Below, in pieces: positions 46,610-55,899 of a stretch of 64,000 bases of DNA. Position 1 is the first letter of the stretch. The number at the start of each line of letters is the position of its first letter. Below the pieces are notes generated by a model. That model was given only the letters and a program-made list of their open reading frames with translations. It was not told where the DNA came from and made no database searches. Both the position numbers and the translations under genes were made by a program. The stretch spans positions 532,134-596,133 of the forward strand of contig NW_005434639.1 in the NCBI RefSeq assembly GCF_000315625.1, given 5' to 3'. The DNA is from Guillardia theta CCMP2712 (lineage: Eukaryota > Protista > Cryptophyta).

Positions 46610-49600
46610 ATGGCAAAGCACAACATTCTTCTTCTGGTATGGATTGGGTTGGAGCTTCCCCCCTCTGTGAACGCAATCGCAAGAAGCACATCACGTACAA
46701 CATTCAACTCATCGGTAACACGAATCTTCTTTTCCCATGCTGAGAGAACGACTGTGCATGCATCGCAGCGACGTGCCTATTCGTCAGAGGACTATTGTTC
46801 CTATCCCGTACTTTACAATGGGTCTTGGTATCAGACGTTGGATCTAGAGGCTTCACCTAATAGTAACTATCTGACTACACAAGAGACATACCTCCCCCTT
46901 CCTCCCTTATGGTCTATTGCAGAGGAAACTGCTAACACCATACACGTGGTAGCATCATACACCTGGTCAACTCTTGGGCTGGTGTTAGCAAACGGAAAAG
47001 TTTTCCACACAAGCAATTATTGGCTACTAAAGGTCACTGATCCTTTGCATCCTCCGGTCGCGGGAGGTTATGCCAATTTATCTCATAATTCGCTTCGGTA
47101 CAAAGACGGTGAATATGCAACTCCTTACACGAACACAAGAATACTGCTGCAGACTGCATTCAACACCTGTAGCGCAGTGAACAGATCGGAATGTTCTGCA
47201 GGAAATTATCTGATGTCGTCTAATTGCTTTCCCTGTGAAGCAGGAATGTACTCAACAACCCCAGGGCAGTCTTTCTGCACTGATTGTTCTGCTGGATATT
47301 ATTCCGGTTGGGGACAGTCTGTGTGTATGACGTGCGCGGAAGGCTCTTTCTCATCAACAAGTTCTTCTTTCTGTCTGTCTTGCCCTTCAGGCACAGCACC
47401 GGATTCGTACTTGTCATCCTGCAAGTCATGCTCTGCAGGCCAGTACTCCTCGAAGTCCAGAACGTGTTTGTCATGCCCAAATGGAACATACTCACTATAT
47501 CAGGCATCTAGATGTCTTGCCTGTGATTATGGTTCCTGGTCTTTTGGAGGAAGTTCTAGCTGCCAGAGATGTTCATCCTACAACTTTTTCAAAATAGATT
47601 TTTGCAACTGTCCTCCAGGATCGGGCTGGGATTCTTGGTATTCAGGCTGCCAGACTTGTGACTCTGGCGAATTTTCAAATGGCACAGTTTCTTGCAAAGC
47701 ATGTCCTGCAGGCCAATACTCAAAGAATCGATCATCTGTCAAATGTATTCTTTGCGAAGTTGGCACCTATTCAAGTGAGAGCGGATCAACTTACTGCCGT
47801 ACTTGTGCAAATGGAACTTTGGAGGAAGGTGCTACATGGTGCGACTACCGGTCAGAAACAGATAGCTCTTCGACGGACTCTTCCAATTCAGATTGGAAGT
47901 ATTTTCTTTATTTGTTCCTGATTTCTCTACCGTTGACTTGTTGTGCAAAGATGCATCATGATAGGGAGCAATCTAAAAGTCGAGTCAGTGACGAGCCTTC
48001 AACATCAAGAACGAGAACCCAAGGCAACACGAGAAGCACAGATAATGATGAGCGATCTCTTGTTGGGTCGTCGGATGAATCGTCGGATGATGAGCTGGAA
48101 TCGGGTAGGAGAAATGGTCGAAACAAACGACCTCCCACTTCCAACAAAGCGAAAGCTCCAGATAATTCGTATAGGAAACCCAAAACCCCTCCGGTTGTAC
48201 CGGTAGCAAAACCCGTTCAGGTCCCGCCAGCAGAACCGCCAAAGGTGCCGGAGCCTCGGCAGGTTCCGGTGTCTCAAGCTGCTACTCAGCCACCCTCAAA
48301 TCCTGAAATCCGTCCTTCGCAGGGCTCAGGGAACGCAGCCAAAGTAGATGTAGATGATGGAGAAGCTTCTGATTACAAAGATTTCATTCCCAGAGTCAGT
48401 GAGGATGAAGAGCTGCTTGAGGCGATCAATCGAGGAGATGATGCGAAAACAGAACGACTTGCCTGGAGTATAGGTGCCGAGCAACTGATGGAGAAATTCC
48501 ATATTGAACCAGAGGAAGTTACGACATTGTTCAGCGGCAGTTATGATAAGACAGTGCGAGTCTGGAACCTTGAGACCAAGACGGAAAAAGCTTGTCTCAC
48601 AGGACATATCGACAGAGTATACAGCGTGGCAGTGAGCCAAGACGGCAAGACAGCAGTCAGCGGGAGCGGCGATCATACAGTGCGAGTCTGGAACCTTGAG
48701 ACCAAGACGGAAAAAGCTTGTCTCACCGGACATAGCGAGAGAGTGTACAGCGTGGGCATAAGCGATGACGGCAAGACAGCAGTCAGCGGCAGTTATGATA
48801 AGACAGTGCGAGTCTGGAACCTTGAGACCAAGACGGAAAAAGCTTGTCTCACTGCACACAGTGATTGGATATACAGTGTGGCAGTGAGCCAAGACGGCAA
48901 GACAGCAGTCAGCGGGAGCGGCGATCGTACGGTAACAGTCTGGAATATTGAGAGGGGTACCGAGAGGGCTTGTCTCACCGGACATAGCAGTACGGTATAC
49001 AGTGTGGCACTGAGCCCAGACGGCAAGACAGCAGTCAGCGGCAGCGGTGATCGTACAGTGAGAGTCTGGAACGTGAACGCGAAGAGAGAGAGGGCTTGTC
49101 TCACCGGACATAGCAGTACGGTATACAGTGTGGCACTGAGCCAAGACGGCAAGACAGCAGTCAGCGGCAGCGGCGATCATACAGTGAGAGTCTGGAACCT
49201 TGAGACAAAGAAGGAAAAAGCTTGTCTCACAGGCCATAGCAGTACGGTACACAGCGTTGCACTGAGCCAAGACGGCAAGACAGCAGTCAGCGGCAGCGGC
49301 GATCATACAGTGAGAGTCTGGGACGTGAACGCGAAGAGAGAGAGGGCTTGTCTCACCGGACATAGCAATACTGTGCATACTGTTTGTCTCATGTCCCGCA
49401 AGATGGCCGTGAGCTCGATGCTACATGTGGCGGCGATGCGAGGCGTCTGGTCTGTCTGTCAGATATTGTTGGAGGTGGGAGGGCTGGCTCTGGGAGACTT
49501 GAGAGACTCGCTTGGACGGACAGCCGTGGAGGTTGCGAGAGAGAGGTCCAACGAAGAGCTGGCAAAACAAATCGAAACCTGGGTGCAAAAACAGAAAGGA

Positions 49601-50872
49601 GAGCAACTCTTATCGGCAGTGCGCGAAGGAGCTGTAGAGAGTGTAACAAGACTGATTGAGGAGAGAGCAAGCCTGATGGTGCGAGACCATGCCGGATTGA
49701 CAGTCCTGCATTGGGCGGTGAAGAGAGAATCTGAAGAGATTGTGAAGCGCTTGCTAAAGGTGGGAGGGAAGGAGCTGATTGAAGTCAGAAGCAGCGATGG
49801 ACTCACTGCAAAAGATATCGTGATTCGAAGGCAAAACAAGACCATCATGGCGGCGATAGAAGCCGCGGAAAGAGCAGCTGAAGCAGACAATCAGATGCCG
49901 TACAAGAGGGCACAGGAGTTGATAGAACGATACAGTACAACAGATCAAACAGAAGGAACAAAGTTGCTGAGCCTGGAGGAGTACAAGACGTTGATCAATC
50001 TCATGCTGAAGGCGCATGAAGGCAGCCTTGCGGAGTCAAGATCAGAGGACCGGTTCAAGTCCGACCCCAGGACGCTTGTGTGCGGGCAATTTAAACATGC
50101 GGCTCAGGGTCTGGAGCCGCTGCTGCAGGTGAAGCTGAAAGATGCTGTCTACGACAAGATGAGGGATGCGATCAACAGCATGAGGGAGGAGGTGGAGAGG
50201 CTCGGAGCAGAGGATTTGAGGGAGGACTTGGAGTACGTGCTGTCGGAAGCTGCGAGGGAGGAAGAGAAGGATAAGGGTATCATGGACAAGGGCCATGCAG
50301 GGATGAGGCTGAGAGATTTCAAGAACCATACAATGGCACAGCAAGCAAACCTTTCCGAGGAGGAGGTGGCGGCCCTGCGCCTCTACACGCTGCCGAGCTT
50401 CACTCACATCAATAACCCGCTGCGAGATCAGAACCGTGTGAAAACGAAGCAGCCGCACCCTCTCCCCCTCATCACCTTCCTCATCGTCGAGGGCCTCAAG
50501 AAGATGCGAGCAATCGAAGGAATCAACGGCACGGGGATGGAGTCTACGGTGCTGTGGCGCGGGATGAAGAACTTGATCTTGTCCGATCAGTTCGTGGCGG
50601 AGGGAGGGACTGAACTGGCCCCCATGTCGACATCGCGAGACCTCCATGTTGCTGCCGGATACAGCATGAGTGGACAAGCCTTGGTGTTCCGCATCAAGAC
50701 AAGGAACAGCCTGCAGAGGGGAGTAGACGTATCTTGGCTGTCTGCCTTCCCGGCGGAAGAGGAAGTGCTCTTTCCTCCATTGACGTACCTGCAACCGACT
50801 GGTTTGACACAAGAGGTTGAGCTGGGGAAGTACAAGTACAAGATCGTGGAAGTAGAGCCAACGTTAGCATGA
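46610..50872 (+). CDS. Single-pass receptor-like protein: signal peptide, Cys-rich (ephrin-receptor-like/GCC2-GCC3) ectodomain, TM, ankyrin repeats with an inserted 7-blade WD40, C-terminal R-S-E ADP-ribosyltransferase
   Basis: One uninterrupted ORF. CxxCxxGxYS repeats; TM WKYFLYLFLISLPLTCC; GH...WN/WD repeats; LHVAA and LHWAV ankyrins; ART motifs LRLYT, LWRGM, PMSTS and SAFPAEEEVLFPP. The first ATG (46610) precedes a hydrophobic leader. Confidence 0.88.
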   Translation: MAKHNILLLVWIGLELPPSVNAIARSTSRTTFNSSVTRIFFSHAERTTVHASQRRAYSSEDYCSYPVLYNGSWYQTLDLEASPNSNYLTTQETYLPLPPLWSIAEETANTIHVVASYTWSTLGLVLANGKVFHTSNYWLLKVTDPLHPPVAGGYANLSHNSLRYKDGEYATPYTNTRILLQTAFNTCSAVNRSECSAGNYLMSSNCFPCEAGMYSTTPGQSFCTDCSAGYYSGWGQSVCMTCAEGSFSSTSSSFCLSCPSGTAPDSYLSSCKSCSAGQYSSKSRTCLSCPNGTYSLYQASRCLACDYGSWSFGGSSSCQRCSSYNFFKIDFCNCPPGSGWDSWYSGCQTCDSGEFSNGTVSCKACPAGQYSKNRSSVKCILCEVGTYSSESGSTYCRTCANGTLEEGATWCDYRSETDSSSTDSSNSDWKYFLYLFLISLPLTCCAKMHHDREQSKSRVSDEPSTSRTRTQGNTRSTDNDERSLVGSSDESSDDELESGRRNGRNKRPPTSNKAKAPDNSYRKPKTPPVVPVAKPVQVPPAEPPKVPEPRQVPVSQAATQPPSNPEIRPSQGSGNAAKVDVDDGEASDYKDFIPRVSEDEELLEAINRGDDAKTERLAWSIGAEQLMEKFHIEPEEVTTLFSGSYDKTVRVWNLETKTEKACLTGHIDRVYSVAVSQDGKTAVSGSGDHTVRVWNLETKTEKACLTGHSERVYSVGISDDGKTAVSGSYDKTVRVWNLETKTEKACLTAHSDWIYSVAVSQDGKTAVSGSGDRTVTVWNIERGTERACLTGHSSTVYSVALSPDGKTAVSGSGDRTVRVWNVNAKRERACLTGHSSTVYSVALSQDGKTAVSGSGDHTVRVWNLETKKEKACLTGHSSTVHSVALSQDGKTAVSGSGDHTVRVWDVNAKRERACLTGHSNTVHTVCLMSRKMAVSSMLHVAAMRGVWSVCQILLEVGGLALGDLRDSLGRTAVEVARERSNEELAKQIETWVQKQKGEQLLSAVREGAVESVTRLIEERASLMVRDHAGLTVLHWAVKRESEEIVKRLLKVGGKELIEVRSSDGLTAKDIVIRRQNKTIMAAIEAAERAAEADNQMPYKRAQELIERYSTTDQTEGTKLLSLEEYKTLINLMLKAHEGSLAESRSEDRFKSDPRTLVCGQFKHAAQGLEPLLQVKLKDAVYDKMRDAINSMREEVERLGAEDLREDLEYVLSEAAREEEKDKGIMDKGHAGMRLRDFKNHTMAQQANLSEEEVAALRLYTLPSFTHINNPLRDQNRVKTKQPHPLPLITFLIVEGLKKMRAIEGINGTGMESTVLWRGMKNLILSDQFVAEGGTELAPMSTSRDLHVAAGYSMSGQALVFRIKTRNSLQRGVDVSWLSAFPAEEEVLFPPLTYLQPTGLTQEVELGKYKYKIVEVEPTLA
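48533..49390 (+). repeat. Tandem 126-bp coding repeats (WD40), about 6.8 near-identical units
   Basis: AGCGGCAG/AGCGGGAG unit starts recur at 48533, 48659 and onward with a 126-nt period. GACGGCAAGACAGCAGTCAGCGG is shared across the units. Confidence 0.95.
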
Positions 50873-51296
50873 GATGGAGAACGAGGGGCAGAGCTCAGTG
50901 AGTCAGACAGTTGCGGCAAGACCAGGACTAAGAGAATGGAGATGCTGTTGCTGGACGGCCGTGCGTGCTCTACATCGCTGCTGCTCTTCAAGGCACATGT
51001 TTGAATGGATCAGTTCTGATGATTTTCAAGCATTGAAACTTGATGGACACTAAGATTACACCGCTAATGTATGTCAATGAAAGACTTGTTGAAATAGTTT
51101 CTTGTCATCTTGCTTCCAAGTGCTTCAACAACAAGCTTACAGCACCTGTGCAGTACAGCAAACTCTGTCCGAGGCGGGTTGGAGCCGAGCACTAGTACCG
51201 GTCTTTTTCTCTGTGAGTAATTGGGGATTAGTACCCCTCCTTTCCTCCTTCACCAAGATTTCCAGCCCCCGAATGCAAGAGTGCGCCTGAGGGAGG

Positions 51297-52390
51297 ATGA
51301 CGGCAGAGCGAACGAGGGGAGCAGAGGACGAGGGGGAGAGAGGAGCTAGGAGTGAGAAGTCCTCGCTGTCACTCAGAGAAGACACGAGAGCTGGCTCCAA
51401 GATCAGAGAGCTTGCTGTTGAAGGGAACTTGTCCCAGTACAGGACAATAGACTTGGAGTATGGGCATGAGGTGTCCAACGAGACGCTTCACTTGATCTCC
51501 ATGCATGCTACAGACCTTGAGCATCTCAACTTGAACGCGTGCCAAGAATATGACGATGATGGCCTTCTCTACTTGTCCAAGGCATGCACTCGCCTGGAAT
51601 CGCTCTCGCTGTATTGGAACGTGAAGGTTACAGACGTAGGGATTTCTGGCATAGCGCGCGTATGCGCAGGGCTGACGGATCTTTGTCTTTCTGGATGTAA
51701 GCATCTTTCTGATACGGGGCTGAACGAGATCGCCAGAGCTTGCACTAATCTTGTCTCACTGGACCTCACGAGATGTGCTAGGCTGACGGATGCTTCTATC
51801 AGCACTACCAGTCAGCACTGCACGAAACTTCGCAAGCTGCTGCTGTACGCGTGCGCGAGCCCGACAGATGTGGGTGTTAAAGCGATCTTTGAGCACCTGC
51901 ATGACCTTGAGAACGTGGACTTGTGCGGCTCACATCACATGACGGACGAGGTGAGTTGGTTACAGGGTTGCGCTGCCCTCGCGCTGCTGGAATGACGATC
52001 TCTGTCCCTCAGGCTTTCCGGCAAGTCTCGCACCGGAGGATTCCACGTCTGCGCAGGATCAACTTGGGATGGTGCCAGGGCATCTCGGATGAGACGCTGA
52101 TAGCGATCGGGCAGGGTTGCCCCAACCTGCAGTACATCTACCTGCTGGGGGACAAGCTTATCACCTCCAGGGGCCTCGAGGCTCTCAGTCAAGGCTGCAG
52201 CAAGTATGCAAGTCCCTAGTGCAGTGCGATGGTGATGTTCTGACTTCTTGTGATTGTCAGGTTGTGTGGGCTCGACATCTGCGGGCTTGCTCACGTGGAG
52301 GACCGTTCGATGCCTGCGATGCAAAGGCTTTTCCCTAACTTAACCTTCCTAGCGAAACTTGGCATGGCGCCGAATTATCACGAGGACTAG
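51297..52390 (+). CDS. Cysteine-containing leucine-rich repeat protein (FBXL/AMN1-type LRRs), three exons
   Basis: LEHLNLNACQEYDDDGL, LSLYWNVKVTDVGI, LCLSGCKHLSDTGL, LDLTRCARLTDASI and INLGWCQGISDETL. No clear F-box seen. Confidence 0.88.
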
Positions 52391-52472
52391 AGTGAGAGGG
52401 CGTTTGAGATTTTTCAGGATCGATAACAATTTCTATTCCCCCACAAGTGTTTAAGTTACAGCTCTGGTGCAT

Positions 52473-53810
52473 CTACCAGTTGAAAATAGATTTCCGCTCC
52501 AAGAGCGGAACCTTTGGATTGGCCTTGGCGTTCCTTGCAGCATCGTAGACCATATCTGCAACTCTAACGGGGGTGGAAGTATGGAACTTCCTCTCTGCCT
52601 TGCGCACCGCCGCATCACTGCTCGCCAACTCCTCGAACCTCGCAGGCGAACCCCCCTCGTCAGACAGCTCCTTACCCACGACCGCCTCGATATTGTTTCT
52701 AAGTGCCTTCTTATGCTCGGAGGGGCCAGATGCCTTGTGAGTGTTGGAATGTATCGCTGCAGGATGACCGTTCACCATGGTAGTCTTGCCCATGTTCATC
52801 GTCTCTTGAGGGCCCCTGGCTGCCCAGCGGGTTTCTTCGCTCTTCTCTGCATTCAAACCATGAATTTTTGCTGAGATTCTCCTGAGCTTTGCCTTGATAC
52901 GGTCAACATTAGCCCTGTAAATGTTCAACCGTACTTCAGTGCTCGCCTCTTGATTGGATAGTTTCCTGTAGTCAGGACGGCCCTCAAGATTCATCAGCTT
53001 CTTGCTGTCCAAAGCAGCTTTCTTCCACATGCTTTCTGCCTTGGTGACCGCATCGGTGCTCTGACTGGTGGACTCCCTCGCAGACTTCGACTTGTACCAT
53101 TGCACGATGTTGAACTTTCCTTGCTCCACATTGAGATCCTTCACAACGCTATCTGACAGCTGGCGGGCCTTGTCTTCCAAATATTTCGCTCTCGCTTTGT
53201 CCTTGTGCTCGACGGCTGACAGAGAACGCTTCTCATTCTTCAGCTCTGCAAGGGGACCAGCATCAATCTTACGCAGCTCATGGTCCTCCATGTCCCTCTT
53301 CTGCTGCGCCTCGGCAAGCTTCAGCTTGAGCGAAGCCTGCTTCAGCATTGCCTTGTCTAGGGCAATGCGCCAAGCATGACTGCCATAGCGGGGGAGGTTG
53401 GTGAAGGCACTTTCCGACCGCATTGCTATGGGGGATTTCAACGAGGTCAGAAATTCATTCAACTTGTTTGACCCTTTGAAGGAGTTGTGTTCGTCCTTTG
53501 ATCCAATCTTTGCTTCAGCCTTTGCTTCGGCCTTGTGGGCAGTCCGTTTCTTAGAAGAAATCTTGTCTCCTCCATGCTCAATGATATGGATGGCAGAGGC
53601 GAGTAGGTTCACCCCCGGAAGGTCTAAGCTGTGCACCTTATTCTGCACTATGGCTGGAGCAACCTTGCTCTTGACTGCTGCGCTTGCAGCAAGAGCAACC
53701 GATGGGGAAGACGAGTTGTCGGAGAGCAGCATCATAGCGGCTATCGCCACCATCGCCATCGCCGCCATCGCCGCCACAAGGGCTGCAGTTGCAGCTCTCA
53801 TCTCAACCAT
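52473..53810 (-). CDS. Hypothetical intronless protein with N-terminal signal anchor and Lys/Ala-rich coiled coil
   Basis: 451-aa ORF with a long hydrophobic N-terminal segment (AATAALVAAMAAMAMVAIAAMMLL). Confidence 0.7.
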   Translation of the reverse strand: MVEMRAATAALVAAMAAMAMVAIAAMMLLSDNSSSPSVALAASAAVKSKVAPAIVQNKVHSLDLPGVNLLASAIHIIEHGGDKISSKKRTAHKAEAKAEAKIGSKDEHNSFKGSNKLNEFLTSLKSPIAMRSESAFTNLPRYGSHAWRIALDKAMLKQASLKLKLAEAQQKRDMEDHELRKIDAGPLAELKNEKRSLSAVEHKDKARAKYLEDKARQLSDSVVKDLNVEQGKFNIVQWYKSKSARESTSQSTDAVTKAESMWKKAALDSKKLMNLEGRPDYRKLSNQEASTEVRLNIYRANVDRIKAKLRRISAKIHGLNAEKSEETRWAARGPQETMNMGKTTMVNGHPAAIHSNTHKASGPSEHKKALRNNIEAVVGKELSDEGGSPARFEELASSDAAVRKAERKFHTSTPVRVADMVYDAARNAKANPKVPLLERKSIFNW

Positions 53811-53977
53811 CCCCGCGTCCCTTCGCAAACACGTTAAAAACGGTTACGATCATATCAATCCCATACTAACCGTTACTAAATCGTTTCGCAATTTTGAACA
53901 CGTTGAATCGAATCAATTCATCAGCGGATGGATTTTAATCGGTTTGTGCCAGTGAGGCATAGTGAATTCTTCCGACA

Positions 53978-55720
53978 ATGCTCGCCAGGGCGAAACTGCT
54001 GGGGAGGAGGCGCGGGCTGCCCACAGCAGCTCGTCTCCCTCCCTCCCTCTTCCATTCTCGTCCTCTTCGTCCTCTTCGTCCTCATTCCGCCTCACTATCC
54101 TCCTCCTATCCCACTTGCTTCTTGCCTTCAGCCGCTGCTGTTGCATCCTTCAAATCCATGGCATACTCCCACACTGCGACATCGAAGGTTTCGTCGCAAT
54201 GCCATCGACTTGTCGCGGTGAAACGGCTTGCAAACGAAGGGGGAGAAGGTCAGCGAGAAAACAACTCGTGGGGATGGAACGGCTTCCACGGTTTCTCATC
54301 GCTCAATGCTGGAAGCTGCATGCTCATCGGTGTGGCTACTCTTCTCTTTCTGCTCACTTGCTTCTCTGACAAGTAACTCAAGGCATCACACTGTGTGACG
54401 GCGACAAGGGCAAGAATGAATCCGAGAAGGCGATTGCTGAACAATTCATGGATCAACTCTCTCCGATCATGTCACAGCTGACCATCGGAACTACTATGGT
54501 GAGATGTGCGACTCATGTTGTCGGGCCGGACTGACTCTCTCTCCTCTTCAACCCCCCCTTCTACACCTCGTTGATACCCTTCGCTGATCGCTTTCTTACC
54601 CATCAAGGGCTTTGCCAGCGGATACGCTCTGAGAACGATAGGAAAGATGGCGGCAGTGCTGGTGGGATGTTCTTTCATGCTGCTGCAAGGAGCTGCGTAC
54701 AAGGGATGGGTCCACATCAACTGGAACGCAGCGACCAAAGATCTTCACTCCGTGCTCGACCAGGACGGCGACGGTGACTTCGATATGGACGACATGAAGA
54801 TCCTCTTCACCCGCTTCGTGGAGGTCGCCACGTACAACCTGCCGTCTGGAACCGGCTTCACAGCTGGACTGCTCCTGGGCCTCGGGTTCACGGGAGGGAC
54901 GGCAGGAAGAGCGGCAGCAGCGGTAGGGACAGCGACGCTGATCCCTCGTGCCATCATGATGGGAGGAGCGGCGACTGCAGGCTCCAGTGCCATGGTGTCG
55001 TTCAAGGATCAATACGATGCTGCGAGAAGAAGCGCGGAGCAGGTGTGCGGTTGAAGGAGGGGGATAAGGAGGACGGAGGGGGAAGAGGAAGAGAAGGTTG
55101 TGGTGGAGGAGGAAGAGGCAAAGGGAAAGGAGGAGGCGCGTGTAAGGGGAAGATGTTGAATGAGGATGTGATGATTTTCGGGTCATGATGTGTATGCGAA
55201 GGTTCTCGGAACAATCACGCTCGGTACTGTGAGTGAAGAAGAACGCTTCAAGGAGTCGATCAAGGTCAGAGGAGGAGGAGTGAGGAATGAGGAGGAGGAG
55301 ACAAAGTGAAGCAGAGGAGGCGAGGAGGAGCAGGAGTGAGGAGGAGGAGCAGGAGGCAGGAGGACCCTTGATCAACTTCTTTTCAGGGCAAGACTCTGGT
55401 GGAGTTGAGGAACATGGAGAAGGAGGTGAAGGATTTGCGAGGGATGGCAGAAGCTAAAGTGAAGATGAGCAGGTGAAGCAGAGTTTGAAGAGCCCTTCCA
55501 ACGAGGAGGAGAAGAAGAAGATTGGTGAGTGAAACCTGGTCAATGCAAGGTTGATGAAAAAGCTGATGGAGGAGATTGGGATGGTGGTGCTGGTCGTGGT
55601 GATGACTTTGCTCATGACAGAGACGAAGCTCAAGATGATCGAGCAGATGAAGATCGAAGTGAAGAAAAGCTGAGATGGTTCTCAACCCTTCTGATTTCCT
55701 CCTTGCTGGTGGTCCGTCAG
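53978..55720 (+). CDS. FUN14-family membrane protein with an EF-hand-like loop and C-terminal coiled coil
   Basis: GFASGYALRTIGKMAAVLVGCSFMLLQGAAYKGWVHINW...NLPSGTGFTAGLLLGL. The Arg/Ser/Leu-rich N-terminus resembles a mitochondrial presequence. Ends approximate. Confidence 0.75.
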
Positions 55721-55899
55721 AAAGTGTGTTAGGATGCCGCGTGAATTTTGCTTTCTCTTCATGTGACCTCCCAATAAAATTCCAGTGAGCTCTCATTCCA
55801 TCGATCATATTTCACATTCATTCCATTGATCACATTTCACATTCACATTCACACTCGCGTTCTCTTCCAAGATGGCGAGATAAAATACAATCGCACATG

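Noticed and set aside
48326-49378. Repetitive 350-aa minus-strand ORF
   Set aside because: It is the antisense reading of the WD40 repeats.
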